Positions 37,651 through 48,995 are shown, counted from the first letter of the stretch. The stretch is 64,000 nucleotides of DNA from Spirochaetia bacterium (GCA_963677925.2 CAXXYH010000004.1:1984001-2048000), one strand, 5' to 3'. Program-made: numbers and translations. Notes: generated from the sequence alone by a model not told the origin.

Positions 37651-39840
37651 CTATTCCTCTGCAAAGGATATATTTATTCTTGAGGACCTGTCCGCGGCCC
37701 TCTGACCCTCTCCGCCTGTTGTGAGATAGGAATTCTCTCCGGCAATTTGAGGATCTACTTCGTATAGTTTTGTAATATAATCATTTGCTTTATCAAAATT
37801 TTCAAGTTCATAATAACATTTGGAAATAGAAAGAAGTATATATGAATAGGAGGAGGAGCTCTCCTTATTGCCTTCAATAACAGTTTTTTCGGCTCCATGA
37901 AGCAGTCTCAGGGCGTTCTGATATTCACCCTTCATGTAGTATACGTTACCGAGGTTAATTCTGGGCGAAAGGTAGTTTCGATCAAGCGAAAGGGCTGAAT
38001 TAAAAGCCTGTTCAGCCTTGCTGTATTGCCCCATCATGGCGCAGGTAATGCCCAGTTTATTATAACTGCCCTTACTTCCCCGTGCGATTGCGTCGTTTTC
38101 AAAGTCTTCTATAATCAGGTTCACAATTTTATCAAGATTTCCGCTGAAATCACTTACTATCTTTGTTCTGTCGCCGTACTGCAGTCCCAGATCTTTTTCA
38201 GTAAGAACTACCGGTCTGTAAACTTCCTGTGATTTTCTGGAGATATACAGCTGGCGTTTAGATGGATCATCATCGTATGCAGTGAATTCCTCAATTCCTG
38301 TTCTCCAGGCAGAGAGAAAATCGGTTTCACCGATAAGTGTAATTTCAACTGGAACCCAGAGTTCTCCGTCAATATTAATTGTCATATTCTTATCCGGGTG
38401 GAGCAGGTTGTAATTCTTTGATGGAACGGAGGTTTTAAACGCTGCATATATATGCCCCGGAACGGTTATAAAACCTGTTTCAATACCGACAGATTCAAGA
38501 AGACTGCAGAACAGCACTGTAAGGTCGTCACAGTCTCCTGTTGCCCTTGTGAGAGTGTTTCTGGGCAGACTGATTGCGTCTACAATCATAGGGTTTCCCT
38601 GTGCGGATTCAAAGGGGGAGGTAGGGTCTTTTTGATAGAGGACACCAAGTTCTTCAAGGGCATAATACAGCTGCATTGCAGTCTGGAGTTCCTGAGAAAA
38701 ACCGTCAATCGTATAATCCTTACAGGTTTGACGTACAAAACTTGAATAGTTACGCAGCGCACTGTCTGCAGGTGTTATGAAAGCTCCAACTTTGTTGTCG
38801 TCATCCCAGGTAAGGGATTCTTTGTCATATAAATCATAGGATACCGGAAATGACTGCTTGGCCGGCCGGCCGTTATAACTGTATGAAATCTGAATTTCTC
38901 CGGTAAGCGGTGTAATTCCTTCGGTTGAAAAGATCTGTGTATTAAATATAGCAGGTATATCAACTGTGACAGAATCTGAAGGTTTGAGTTCCTCTACTTC
39001 TGCTGCAAGAGTGGGGCTGTCCATAAAACCGGCCTGAAAAAAGGCCACAGAGAGATTTGTTACTTTCTGTTTTTCAATATTTTCGATTGTTACAGATGTT
39101 AGCGGGTTTTTTGCATAGTAGCTCTGCATTGGCGCAAACACAGCTGGAAACTCAAGTTTGTCAATTCTAAGGCTCCTGATTTCCGCCTGCGGGGCATCAG
39201 GATCTTCACCAAGCCGGTAGGACCCGCTGATCCCAAGTCCGTAAGTAAAGCCGTCGAATGAATCAAGGGTATTATTCAAGCTTAGAGTATATCTTAGCAT
39301 TGGATTGAAATTGATATTTATATTATACGAAAGATTAAAACCGACTCTTATTCCGGCTTCTGTGATAAAGTTTTTCTGACCCACGTTCTCAGAACCCTCT
39401 CCGCTTGGATCAGTATTATAATAGACCTGTACTATTCCGGTACTGATATCAGCACCGATTTCAAGCTGTTTCGAAAGCATATTACGGTAGGCTGCTCCTG
39501 CTTCAATATACAGCTGCCTGCTGTCAAAACGGTCTTCATTTGAAAGTATATCATCCCCGTAACCGAAGATTCCAAAACCAACTTTGCCGAAGGGCTGTAT
39601 TGTAGGGAATGCCGGAAGCGGATAAAATGCTGAGAAACTGAAATCATTAAAAAGATAACTGTCTCCGTAATCTGTTCCCATCTGAACAACCGGACTGAAT
39701 GATTTATAGTCCAGTCCGAATGCTAATGGGTATTTGTATTTCTGATTAATATCAACGTTATTCCCGACCTGGGCATGTCCGGATTGCGGTAACAACAGTA
39801 CTAAACCCGCGATCAGGAACAGAGATTGGACGATTTTCAT
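37651..39840 (-). CDS. secreted beta-barrel-like + transglutaminase-like (Cys-His-Glu) + TPR protein, paralog 2
   Basis: Signal peptide (GHA/Q); OMP-like N-terminus ending GLGISGSYRL; TLTRATGDCDDLTVLFCSLLESVGI, VPGHIY, WVPVEIT; TPRs; GGAGG RBS. Confidence 0.75.
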   Translation of the reverse strand: MKIVQSLFLIAGLVLLLPQSGHAQVGNNVDINQKYKYPLAFGLDYKSFSPVVQMGTDYGDSYLFNDFSFSAFYPLPAFPTIQPFGKVGFGIFGYGDDILSNEDRFDSRQLYIEAGAAYRNMLSKQLEIGADISTGIVQVYYNTDPSGEGSENVGQKNFITEAGIRVGFNLSYNININFNPMLRYTLSLNNTLDSFDGFTYGLGISGSYRLGEDPDAPQAEIRSLRIDKLEFPAVFAPMQSYYAKNPLTSVTIENIEKQKVTNLSVAFFQAGFMDSPTLAAEVEELKPSDSVTVDIPAIFNTQIFSTEGITPLTGEIQISYSYNGRPAKQSFPVSYDLYDKESLTWDDDNKVGAFITPADSALRNYSSFVRQTCKDYTIDGFSQELQTAMQLYYALEELGVLYQKDPTSPFESAQGNPMIVDAISLPRNTLTRATGDCDDLTVLFCSLLESVGIETGFITVPGHIYAAFKTSVPSKNYNLLHPDKNMTINIDGELWVPVEITLIGETDFLSAWRTGIEEFTAYDDDPSKRQLYISRKSQEVYRPVVLTEKDLGLQYGDRTKIVSDFSGNLDKIVNLIIEDFENDAIARGSKGSYNKLGITCAMMGQYSKAEQAFNSALSLDRNYLSPRINLGNVYYMKGEYQNALRLLHGAEKTVIEGNKESSSSYSYILLSISKCYYELENFDKANDYITKLYEVDPQIAGENSYLTTGGEGQRAADRSSRINISFAEE

Positions 39841-39933
39841 GAAAAAGCCTCCGGGTATCTATACAAAATGATATCACGGAGTATAAATATTTTAAAGCGA
39901 TCTATTGTAAACTTAACTTGTAATGATTAAAAT

Positions 39934-41979
39934 TCAGTTTTTTAATCTGAATTTTGCCTTATTAAGAGTTTTTGTACTCGTTCCGTCGTATATACTTATG
40001 TATTTTTCCGCGCCCTCGGAGGCATAATACTTATTGTCAGTAAGAGAAGCTGCCCAGCTCAGGTCGTCAAATATGAACAGGTCCATGATACGGTTTCCAT
40101 TCGACGGATTCCATATTGTAAAGGAATTGTCCTGATTCAGGGAAATAAGTATGTTGCCGAAGAGTCTGATATCCCGGGGAATACCGGAGATATTGTCAAG
40201 TTTAGTGAAACCGCCCCAGTAAAGAAGTTTGACTCCGCTGAATCCCAGAGTTGTAAAAATCTTTGAACTGTGAGGGTCGGATGCAAATGTTGCCCCGATA
40301 TCCTCACCAGGAAAGGCAATGATGGTATCTGCCTTATCATGATTTCTTCCAGTATATTCTTTCAGTACTGTTTTAATAACTCCATTGCGTTCTTCAAAAC
40401 CCAGAGTGTACAGTTTCTTTGAAATATCATCATAATCAAGATCGAAGACAAGGAGACTTGAATCTTCAACCGGGACTGTTTCTCCGGTTTTTGTGTTAAT
40501 ATGAAGGAGCGGTGTAGTAAGGGTAGATGTGCTGCTTCTTCCGGCAATAATATTATTATCTTCAATAAACTCAACGGCACGCAGGCCGAAAGCTGTATAT
40601 TTAAACTCGGTTTCACCAGTATCCGGATCGATAACTCTGCATTCACCTGTTTTATCAAGCGTGAGGATCTTTCCGTTGGTATATTCTGCCGATACAAGCG
40701 GTGCGCTGAGCTGGGAAATTAACCGAACCGGACCGTCTTCAGAATTGAAAAGAACCAGCCGTCCGGCTTTTGAGCTCTCACTAGTCCAGAGGAGGTAATC
40801 TCCGTCACCCATGCTGCTGAGGCCGAAGGAACTGTCTTTCTCAAGAGAATATACCTTGGAACCTACTTCAGGGTTGATTGAGCTGCTCTGATTCTTAATG
40901 AAAAAGTCTGATGATATCCTCAACAGTCTTCCGGGAGCCGATATTGCCATCGTTTCTCCGCTAACTGAAAATCCGCTGATCTTAAGAAGCTTGTTTGCTG
41001 CAAATTCACTTACATCAGCACTGTTTATAGGGTTTCTGCATATATTTCCGTTCTCATATGAGGTGTATACAGTGCCCTTAACTGAGATAACGGAAGCGGG
41101 ATTGGTTCTGTTCCTGAGGGTGTAGGATTCAGGCTGATCTATTCTCTGACCGGAAAAGTCTGAAACATTCATTATAATATCAGTTTCTGAATCTCTGAAA
41201 TATACGAGTTTATCGGATTTTGAATCTATAGAAGAGCAGATATATTTATCAGCTGAAACCGATGAAATTTTCCTGCCTGTGATAAGATCGACTAAGACCA
41301 GGTTTCTGCCGTCGTAGGCAGTCATATATCTGGCGCTGGCAGAGAAGGAAATGTCTTCAAGGTTGGTTACAGTCTGAACTTTCTGCTTCATTGTTGAAGT
41401 GCTGAGATCCCAGTACTGAAGGTTTCCTGAGGGACTGTATGTAAGTATCGTTTTTTCACTGTCAGAAATAAAAACCGAGGAAACAATACCGAAGCCTTCA
41501 GTGAGGTAGGGCAGCTGCCTCCCTGTCTCGGCATCAAGGAAAACCAGGCTTTCCCATTCTGTTCTGCCGTATACAATGAAGTTTCCCTGTGGAGAAAATT
41601 TCAGAAACAGGGGAATCTCATTCAGTCTCTGACGAAAAAGCCTTTCTCCGGTTTCCCAGTTCCACACCGATAAGTTTACAGAATTGATCCCGTCACTTTC
41701 GATGGACGCAATGTAGGGTTTTGATGTTGAGGCTGATATCCTCCGGATAGGAAGATGTGATATCTGCAGCCTGTAAAGAAGCTGTGCATTTGATGAATTC
41801 CAGACTCTTACAGTTCCGTCATCCCCCCCTGAAAAGATAAGTTTGCCGTCAGCAGAAAAATCAGTATCTGATACAGTTCCGGAATGTCCGCTGTTAATGA
41901 GAAATCTGGAATCTTCTGCAGAGATGCAAAGAATTGGAAGTATGAATAATATAAGTACAGCGTAATAAAGTTTTCTCAT
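39934..41979 (-). CDS. secreted WD40/beta-propeller protein
   Basis: Signal peptide; GHSGTVSDTDFSADGKLIFSGGDDGTVRVWN. Start taken at MRKLYY. Confidence 0.8.
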   Translation of the reverse strand: MRKLYYAVLILFILPILCISAEDSRFLINSGHSGTVSDTDFSADGKLIFSGGDDGTVRVWNSSNAQLLYRLQISHLPIRRISASTSKPYIASIESDGINSVNLSVWNWETGERLFRQRLNEIPLFLKFSPQGNFIVYGRTEWESLVFLDAETGRQLPYLTEGFGIVSSVFISDSEKTILTYSPSGNLQYWDLSTSTMKQKVQTVTNLEDISFSASARYMTAYDGRNLVLVDLITGRKISSVSADKYICSSIDSKSDKLVYFRDSETDIIMNVSDFSGQRIDQPESYTLRNRTNPASVISVKGTVYTSYENGNICRNPINSADVSEFAANKLLKISGFSVSGETMAISAPGRLLRISSDFFIKNQSSSINPEVGSKVYSLEKDSSFGLSSMGDGDYLLWTSESSKAGRLVLFNSEDGPVRLISQLSAPLVSAEYTNGKILTLDKTGECRVIDPDTGETEFKYTAFGLRAVEFIEDNNIIAGRSSTSTLTTPLLHINTKTGETVPVEDSSLLVFDLDYDDISKKLYTLGFEERNGVIKTVLKEYTGRNHDKADTIIAFPGEDIGATFASDPHSSKIFTTLGFSGVKLLYWGGFTKLDNISGIPRDIRLFGNILISLNQDNSFTIWNPSNGNRIMDLFIFDDLSWAASLTDNKYYASEGAEKYISIYDGTSTKTLNKAKFRLKN

Positions 41980-41983
41980 TAAA

Positions 41984-42574
41984 TTAATCCTCCAGGGATA
42001 TTTTTGACACGGAGATATAGGGCCCCTCAATAATCATCCTGACATCTTCATCTTCAGAAAGGGAAGCGATATTCTGAACGATATCATCATGTACATTACG
42101 GGGGATTTTAGTTATTCCTGTTTCATTTTCCTTAAGTCCCAGGACATGAAAAATCAGGTTGTTGTTTTCGATTGATTTAAAGACAATATTTATTCCGGTA
42201 GACGGTGCCTTTAGCAGAAGTCTGAATTTAATTATTTCAACTGCTCTTTCATCAAGGCCCTCTCCTGAAATAAGGATCTTTTCTACGAGTTCCGGATATC
42301 CGATTGCTACGGAATTTGCTTCCGAATCGATTTTACCGGTAACGAAATTAATTCTTTCAAGTTCAGGTAGAAAAAGCAGATTAAGTCCGGAATCGGGATC
42401 TTTAAGAACAGTCTTCAGCTCAGTTCTGATTACATTTCCGCACGATGGACATTCGAAGCTCATAAAGGTGCCTTCAAGGATGTCCTGATAAACCTGCTTG
42501 GATGCCGAGAGATCTATTTCAGAAGAAAATTCGGTCTCAATATTTTTACCGCAATGACATGGTATATTTATCAT
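41984..42574 (-). CDS. CpXC-domain protein
   Basis: IPCHCG, ILEGTFMSFECPSCG, ELVEKILI..GLDERAVEIIK. Confidence 0.75.
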   Translation of the reverse strand: MINIPCHCGKNIETEFSSEIDLSASKQVYQDILEGTFMSFECPSCGNVIRTELKTVLKDPDSGLNLLFLPELERINFVTGKIDSEANSVAIGYPELVEKILISGEGLDERAVEIIKFRLLLKAPSTGINIVFKSIENNNLIFHVLGLKENETGITKIPRNVHDDIVQNIASLSEDEDVRMIIEGPYISVSKISLED

Positions 42575-42592
42575 AAAGAACCCCTGCGTCAA

Positions 42593-43948
42593 CTAACCGA
42601 AAAGAAAGTTCACGTCGCTGAAAACTGCAAGTAATAGTAACAGAAGTATAAGGAAAGATCCAATCATTTGATACCTGTACAGAGATTTAGTTTTCGGCGG
42701 TCTTCCGATTATCATTTCAGCAATATTGAAAACAATCATGCCTCCGTCTATTACCGGAATGGGCAGCAGGTTCATAAAACCAAGAGCTATACTGATGAGT
42801 GACAGAAATCTGAAGAAGCTTGTAAAACCTTCTCCTATGCTTTCACGGAAACCGGAAGATGCAGCTTCACCCATGTAATAGGTCAGTTTAACCGGTCCTG
42901 CTACCGCCTGACCGACATTGATCCCTTTAAAAAACAAACTTATGCTTTTAATACTCAGGATAAATGTTGAAAAGGTTTCTTCTGTGCCTCTTGCAAAAGC
43001 CTGGAAAATATTGAGTTTCGGTGATTTTATTTCAATACCGGCAAAGCCTACTCCAATCAGCAGTCTTCCGGTTTCATCGGGGATAGGAATTATTTTTACG
43101 GATTTGATGCTGCCATCATGTTCATATTCAATTTGCAGGCCTGAAGGATTCTGATTTATCAGATATGACAGCTCAACTTGATTTTCAATCTTTTCTCCGG
43201 CCGCGGTAAGGATTATATCTCCCGCCTGCAGGCCTGCTATTGCTGCTGCTGAATCGGGGATTACATTTTCTATGACAGGATCGATCCATGCAGAAATTCC
43301 GGCATATCCGGCCCCTGACTGTTTGTCGAGTTCGGGGATAAGTACGGTTTGAATTTCTGCTCCGTCTCTAAGAAGAGTTATATCAAGTGCCTTCTCAGGA
43401 TTCTGTCCTATTATGTTCTGGAAATCATAAAAGCTGGAGGTTTTTTTTCCGTTAATCTCTATTATACGATCGCCGGTCTGAATTCCTGCCGTATCTGCCG
43501 GATACTCTCGTGCTTCATTAGAATAATCAGAAAGAAGTATAACCTTGTTGTCAAAGGTATATGTAGTGAATCCGGCCAGCCATATGATTGAGAGCACAAG
43601 AATTGAAAAAATAAGGTTAAAACCAGGTCCGGCAAGGTAGGTGAGTATCCTCTTAAAAGGATGGGCTGCAAATAAAGAGCCCTCATCGTCCGGGATGGTT
43701 TCCCTGCCGGTCTCAAGGGCTTTCTGAAACATTTCTTCGCCCTTCATTTTACAGTAGCCGCCTACTGGAAAAACACATAAACGGAACTCAGTTTTTTTGA
43801 ATTTGTGTCTGTAAAAGGGTTTACCCCACCCGAGAGCAAAGGCTTCCACCTCTATTCCGGTAAGTTTTGCAAGAACAAAATGGCCGAACTCATGAACAGT
43901 AACTACAATCCCAAGTCCGATAACGCCTATTAGTATATTTAAAACCAT
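42593..43948 (-). CDS. rseP: RIP metalloprotease RseP
   Basis: HEFGH, GGYCKM, AGP..N, two PDZ domains, [11 protein letters not shown]. Confidence 0.95.
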   Translation of the reverse strand: MVLNILIGVIGLGIVVTVHEFGHFVLAKLTGIEVEAFALGWGKPFYRHKFKKTEFRLCVFPVGGYCKMKGEEMFQKALETGRETIPDDEGSLFAAHPFKRILTYLAGPGFNLIFSILVLSIIWLAGFTTYTFDNKVILLSDYSNEAREYPADTAGIQTGDRIIEINGKKTSSFYDFQNIIGQNPEKALDITLLRDGAEIQTVLIPELDKQSGAGYAGISAWIDPVIENVIPDSAAAIAGLQAGDIILTAAGEKIENQVELSYLINQNPSGLQIEYEHDGSIKSVKIIPIPDETGRLLIGVGFAGIEIKSPKLNIFQAFARGTEETFSTFILSIKSISLFFKGINVGQAVAGPVKLTYYMGEAASSGFRESIGEGFTSFFRFLSLISIALGFMNLLPIPVIDGGMIVFNIAEMIIGRPPKTKSLYRYQMIGSFLILLLLLLAVFSDVNFLFG

Positions 43949-45087
43949 TATTTCAGCCTGATTTTCTCAATAATTTTTGAAGTCAGCTTTCTGGCTTCTG
44001 TATCAAGTTCGAAAACATGATCAAAAGACTCAAGCCTGGACGGCCAGTTATGATTCAGAGCCTTTTTGGTAATGTCTGCTATCTGAAGAAAGCCTGTTTT
44101 TCCGTCAATAAAAGACTGCACAGCCATCTCGTTTGCTGCATTGTAAACAAGCGGGTAGGCGCCTTTCTTTTTAAGTGTCTCATACGCCATTGGCACCATG
44201 GGATATTTATCGCTGTCAAGCAGGGAAAATTCAAATGTAGCATTAAGCAGGTTAAGTTCTGCAAAGTCGGCGGGAAGAATCTCCGGCCATGAAAGAGCGT
44301 TCTGGATTGGTATAGCCATATCAGGTCTGCTTATCTGCGGATACAGACAGCCGTCGATGGTTTTAATAAAAGAGTGAACATAACTCTTGGGGTGAATTAC
44401 AATCTTGATTTTTTCACTCGGTATGTCAAACAGGAAACGCGCTTCAATTACTTCAAGTCCTTTGTTGGCCATGGTTGCACTGTCTATGGTAATTTTGGGT
44501 CCCATATTCCATGTGGGATGTGCAAGTGCCGATTCAACAGTTACATTTTTCAGTTCCTCGACAGTTCTGTCCCTGAAGGCACCTCCGGAAGCAGTAAGAA
44601 TGATTTCTGAAATCTCCTCGTTTCTCCGGCCTTTCAGAAGCTGCCAGATAGCGGAATGCTCGGAATCAACCGGCAGGATGTTGCGCCCTTTTTCTTTGGC
44701 GAAATCCATTATCAGTTTACCTGTCATAACGACGGTTTCTTTATTGGCCAGAGCAAGATCCTTGCCTGAATTAAGGGCTGCGATTGAGGAGGAAAGACCA
44801 GCCGCTCCGGCAATACCGTTAAGTACAATATCTGCTTCACAGTCATTGATCATCTCGATAAGGCCCTCTGGGCCCGCGTATTTGATATCTGCAGAATGAG
44901 GAGTCCGGCCGGAGAGGCACATGTTTTTAACGTTATATGTTGAAGCCCATTCAAGAAGTCCGTTTTCACTTTTGTGGGCGGAAACGGCCACCACTGAAAA
45001 TTTATCCGGATTACGTTTAAGTACTGTGGCAGCGGTCCGTCCAATTGAGCCGGTGCAGCCAAGTATTATCAGTTTTTTTCTGTTCAT
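43948..45087 (-). CDS. dxr: 1-deoxy-D-xylulose-5-phosphate reductoisomerase
   Basis: [51 protein letters not shown]. Confidence 0.97.
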   Translation of the reverse strand: MNRKKLIILGCTGSIGRTAATVLKRNPDKFSVVAVSAHKSENGLLEWASTYNVKNMCLSGRTPHSADIKYAGPEGLIEMINDCEADIVLNGIAGAAGLSSSIAALNSGKDLALANKETVVMTGKLIMDFAKEKGRNILPVDSEHSAIWQLLKGRRNEEISEIILTASGGAFRDRTVEELKNVTVESALAHPTWNMGPKITIDSATMANKGLEVIEARFLFDIPSEKIKIVIHPKSYVHSFIKTIDGCLYPQISRPDMAIPIQNALSWPEILPADFAELNLLNATFEFSLLDSDKYPMVPMAYETLKKKGAYPLVYNAANEMAVQSFIDGKTGFLQIADITKKALNHNWPSRLESFDHVFELDTEARKLTSKIIEKIRLK

Positions 45088-45102
45088 GAGATATTTTTAC
45101 CT

Positions 45103-45951
45103 TTAAGCAAGATTTAGACGTAGAATTATATAGAAAAATAACGGAGCACTGAAGAGTATTGAATCAATAGAATCAAGTACACCTCCGCGGCCCTGCATGA
45201 TAGTTCCTGAATCTTTTTCCTTTACGGATCTTTTCATTGCAGACTCGATTAGATCTCCCACTACAGAAGTTGCTGCCATTGCTACTCCGGTAAGTACGGC
45301 AAAAATGAGTTTATTGCTGAATATTTCAGGGTAGAACTGGAAATAAACAGCTCCTGCAGCAGCAGATCCTGCAACACCGCCGAAAAGACCGGCAATGCTC
45401 TTGTTTGGGCTTACTGCGAATACCCCGCGGTTGTTTTTTCCGAATGCCATTCCCAGGAAGTAAGCAAAGGTATCATTTGCAAATACCATTGTGAGAAAGA
45501 TGAGTATAAGAACCGATGAGTTCGGGAAAATATTCAGCATGATTATATAGGCCATAAAAAAGCCAGGGTAAAACAGACTGAAAAGATAGGCGGGCATCCT
45601 TTCCATGACGGTGGAAATATGCTCTTCCTTTTTTCTGAAAGCTTCTGCAGCTATGACGGCGCTAAGGAACACTGTAAAAACAGGGGCTACACTGTGAGCA
45701 GGGTAGAGTCCTGTAAGGGATATCATCCTGAAAATAGGAAATGCCAGAGCCGTCACCAGAATTACTGATTTATTCTGCTTTACACCCTTGCGGGCAAACA
45801 TATTCCTTGTTTCAAAGGCTCCGATTACCGTGAGAGCACATATTAATATGTTCATAATAAGATGATTATAGAAAGGAAGAAATACTATAATCACAATGAG
45901 CAGCGGAACTGCTATAACACCAAGTAATAGCCTTTTAACCAGATTATTCAT
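45103..45951 (-). CDS. cdsA: phosphatidate cytidylyltransferase
   Basis: NDTFAY..G, SPNKS..G, GDLIESAMKR..KDSG..GRGG.LD..DS. Confidence 0.95.
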   Translation of the reverse strand: MNNLVKRLLLGVIAVPLLIVIIVFLPFYNHLIMNILICALTVIGAFETRNMFARKGVKQNKSVILVTALAFPIFRMISLTGLYPAHSVAPVFTVFLSAVIAAEAFRKKEEHISTVMERMPAYLFSLFYPGFFMAYIIMLNIFPNSSVLILIFLTMVFANDTFAYFLGMAFGKNNRGVFAVSPNKSIAGLFGGVAGSAAAGAVYFQFYPEIFSNKLIFAVLTGVAMAATSVVGDLIESAMKRSVKEKDSGTIMQGRGGVLDSIDSILFSAPLFFYIILRLNLA

Positions 45952-45952
45952 T

Positions 45953-46675
45953 TTAAGCACCGTATTTTCTATGCCTGTGCTGATAACTTTTTATTGCATC
46001 ATAAAGGTCATCAGCTTCCCAGTCCGGCCATAATTTTTCGCTGAAATACAGCTCTGAATAAGCACACTGCCAGACGAGAAAGTTACTCAGCCGTTTTTCT
46101 CCGGCTGACCTTATTATTAAATCAGGATCAGGAATTGACGGCTGATCCATGTATTCTACTAAAGTTTCTTCGTTCAGCATAGTGCCTTCATCGGCACATT
46201 TTTCAGGATGACTGTCGCACCATTTTCTTACGGCTCTGATTATTTCATCTCTTCCGCCGTAATTGATTGCCAGGTTGACTGTTGTATGTTCAAATGCGGC
46301 AGTTTCGTTTACTACCGACATTATTTCATTCTGAAGATAATCCGGGAGTCCTGCAAGATCCCCGGTGTGAACAACCCTGATTCCGTTCTGAATATAGAAA
46401 TCCATCTCTTTTTTCAGGTGTTTACTAATCAGCCTCATCAGAAAAGAGACCTCTTCTTCGGCGCGTTTCCAGTTTTCAGTTGAGAATGTGTAAAGTGTTA
46501 CGTATTTTACGCCCAGATCTGAAGCGGCTTTGACGATGCGTTTGGCAGAGACCAGGCCTTCACTGTGTCCTACAGTACGTTTTTTACCCTGCTGCTTTGC
46601 CCAACGCCCGTTCCCATCCATAATTATACCGATGTGAACGGGAATATTTTCTTTATCTATGGGGAAATTTTCCAT
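45953..46675 (-). CDS. uppS: undecaprenyl diphosphate synthase
   Basis: HIGIIMDGNGRWA, FSTENWKR, NYGGRDE, RSAGEKRLSNFL. Confidence 0.97.
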   Translation of the reverse strand: MENFPIDKENIPVHIGIIMDGNGRWAKQQGKKRTVGHSEGLVSAKRIVKAASDLGVKYVTLYTFSTENWKRAEEEVSFLMRLISKHLKKEMDFYIQNGIRVVHTGDLAGLPDYLQNEIMSVVNETAAFEHTTVNLAINYGGRDEIIRAVRKWCDSHPEKCADEGTMLNEETLVEYMDQPSIPDPDLIIRSAGEKRLSNFLVWQCAYSELYFSEKLWPDWEADDLYDAIKSYQHRHRKYGA

Positions 46676-46681
46676 TGGTTA

Positions 46682-47236
46682 TTAAATTTCCATTATTTCC
46701 TTTTCTTTTTTATCAAGGATTTCATTAATATCTTTGATGAAACTGTCAGTAAGCTTCTGGATTTCATCGGCTCCCTTCTTTTCATCATCTTCAGTGATTT
46801 CACTGCCTTTCTGCTTCTTTTTGAGTGTATCATTGGCATCACGTCTGATATTTCTTATTGCTACACGGCTCTGTTCAGCCATATTTTTTGCAATTTTTAC
46901 GAATTCTTTTCTTCGGTCTTCAGTCAGCGGCGGAATGCTTATTCTGATAACCTTTCCGTCATTGCTGGGGTTAACTGAAAGTTCGGATTTCTGAATTGCT
47001 CTTTCAATCTCTGATAAAAGACCTTTATCCCAGGGCTGAATTACAACGAGTCTTGCTTCGGGAACTGAAACAGTGGCAACCTGACTTAAGGGGGTAGGGG
47101 TGCCGTAAGCTTCAACCTTAACCTGATCAAAAAGGGCTGCAGAAGCTCTTCCCGTTCTGATAGTTTTAAACTCATCTTCTAAAGCAGCTATTGATTTTTT
47201 CATTCTGCTTTCAGCACTTGAAATTGTCTCTTTCAT
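46682..47236 (-). CDS. frr: ribosome recycling factor
   Basis: IRTGRAS, IPPLTEDRRKE, RVAIRNIRRDA. Start taken at MKETI (AAGGGAG RBS). Confidence 0.97.
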   Translation of the reverse strand: MKETISSAESRMKKSIAALEDEFKTIRTGRASAALFDQVKVEAYGTPTPLSQVATVSVPEARLVVIQPWDKGLLSEIERAIQKSELSVNPSNDGKVIRISIPPLTEDRRKEFVKIAKNMAEQSRVAIRNIRRDANDTLKKKQKGSEITEDDEKKGADEIQKLTDSFIKDINEILDKKEKEIMEI

Positions 47237-47255
47237 GATTATCTCCCTTTGTAAA

Positions 47256-47291
47256 TAAAAAAAGGACATCCCCGCATTAACGGGGATGCTT
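47256..47291 (-). terminator. terminator between tsf and frr
   Basis: Minus strand CATCCCCG-TTAATG-CGGGGATG-TCC-T7. Confidence 0.7.
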
Positions 47292-47298
47292 TAAATTT

Positions 47299-48144
47299 CT
47301 ATTCTTCTTCGCCGACTCTGAAATAAACAAAATCAACAAGAGTAAGCTTGCTGCCGATTTCTTTGGCAAGTGCATTCATTACTTTCTCAACACTGTTTTT
47401 GTCATCCTTAACGAAGGGCTGATCAAGCAGACAGATCTGTGAGTAGAGCTTGTTGATCTTACCCTTTACAATACCCTGAAGAACATTTGCAGGTTTATCA
47501 AGGTTTTCAGCCTGCTTTGTGAAGATCTCTTCCTGCTCTTTAAGGTAATCGGCACCGACAGTCTCTCTTGAGAGGAACATCGGGCTGTATGCTGCAATGT
47601 GCAGGGCACAGTCGAAAGCAAATTCCTTTACCTTCGGATTTTCTGCAGCTTCTTTGGAATCAGCTGAAATCTTAACGAGAACTCCGATTCCGCCTTCTCC
47701 GTGAATATAATCTACACAAACATCGTTTTCTGCGACATCAAGAACCTTGAATCTCTTGATTGAGATATTTTCCTTGATTTTGCTGATAACGAGTTTAACT
47801 TTTTCATCAAGTTCAGGTGTGATTTCGCTGAGGTTATCAGCAACGATTGCATCGAGAAGTTCATTACCTGAATTAACAAAGTTTTCATTTCTTGCAACAA
47901 AGTCGGTTTCGCATGAAAGCTCAAGAGCTCCTGCTTTTCCGTCTGCAATTTTTGTGAAAACTCTTCCTTCGTTTGTAGCACGGTCGCTTCTCTTTGCAGC
48001 AGCTGCAAGTCCCTGTTCTTTGAGGAGCTTTTCAGCTTTTGCGAAGTCTCCGCCTGCATCTACAAGCGCTTTTTTACAGTCCATCATTCCGGCACCGGTT
48101 TTGTCCCGGAGTTTTTTAACGTCAGCTGGTTTAATATCTGCCAT
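47299..48144 (-). CDS. tsf: translation elongation factor Ts
   Basis: VKKLRDKTGAGMMDCKKAL, ELSCETDFVARN. Confidence 0.97.
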   Translation of the reverse strand: MADIKPADVKKLRDKTGAGMMDCKKALVDAGGDFAKAEKLLKEQGLAAAAKRSDRATNEGRVFTKIADGKAGALELSCETDFVARNENFVNSGNELLDAIVADNLSEITPELDEKVKLVISKIKENISIKRFKVLDVAENDVCVDYIHGEGGIGVLVKISADSKEAAENPKVKEFAFDCALHIAAYSPMFLSRETVGADYLKEQEEIFTKQAENLDKPANVLQGIVKGKINKLYSQICLLDQPFVKDDKNSVEKVMNALAKEIGSKLTLVDFVYFRVGEEE

Positions 48145-48164
48145 TTGAGTACTCCTGTCTATTA

Positions 48165-48977
48165 TTATTCGTCTTCGCCGGCTGCTTCATCGTCAGAGCT
48201 GTCATCGTCTGATTCATTTGAAGCTTCGGGAGTGTTGTCTGCAGCAGGAGCCTCTTCATCATCATCCTGGAGAGTTTCAATTACTTCAAGTCCGATTTCG
48301 TTGTCTGCTTCTACTACTGCATTTGCAATTATCTGAGTAAAAAGAGTTATTGCTCTGATAGCATCATCATTACCGGGAATAGGGAAGTCAATATCTGTAG
48401 GATCACAGTTTGTATCTACGATTGCTATTACCGGAATACCCATTCTTTTTGCTTCAGCAACTGCTATAGCTTCCTTGCGGGTATCGATAACAAAGAGAAC
48501 ACCTGGAAGGTCTTTCATCTCTTTGATTCCGCCGAGGTTCTTTTCAAGTTTAGCTTTTTCTCTGTTGAGTTTGGCTACCTCTTTTTTTGTGAGGCTTTCG
48601 AAAGTACCGTCAACTTCCATTTTCTCAATTTTTTTGAGTCTGAGAATTGATTTTTTGATTGTGGCAAAGTTGGTGAGCATACCACCGAGCCAGCGGTTGT
48701 TTACATAGTACATTCCGCATCTTTCAGCTTCGCGCTGTATTGCTACCTGTGCCTGTTTTTTAGTTCCTACAAAAAGAACTGTCTGTCCTTCATGAACCAG
48801 ACCGCGGACAACTTCATAAGCTTCCTTGATAGATGTGATGGTTTTCTGAAGATCGATAATGTGGATCCCGTTTCTTTCTGCGAAGATGAACTTCTTCATT
48901 CTCGGGTCCCAGCGTTTAGTCTGATGTCCGAAGTGAACACCTGACTCCAGCAGGTTTTTCATTGTTACTACTGCCAA
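48165..48977 (-). CDS. rpsB: 30S ribosomal protein S2
   Basis: [32 protein letters not shown] start at 48977 after GGAGG. Confidence 0.97.
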   Translation of the reverse strand: MAVVTMKNLLESGVHFGHQTKRWDPRMKKFIFAERNGIHIIDLQKTITSIKEAYEVVRGLVHEGQTVLFVGTKKQAQVAIQREAERCGMYYVNNRWLGGMLTNFATIKKSILRLKKIEKMEVDGTFESLTKKEVAKLNREKAKLEKNLGGIKEMKDLPGVLFVIDTRKEAIAVAEAKRMGIPVIAIVDTNCDPTDIDFPIPGNDDAIRAITLFTQIIANAVVEADNEIGLEVIETLQDDDEEAPAADNTPEASNESDDDSSDDEAAGEDE

Positions 48978-48995
48978 GATTTCCTCCATTGAATT

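Noticed and set aside
39905-39923. TTGTAA-N7-TTGTAA direct repeat upstream of the transglutaminase operon
   Set aside because: Too short and AT-rich to distinguish from chance.
46682-48144. pyrH missing between tsf and frr
   Set aside because: This gene order is usual in spirochetes.
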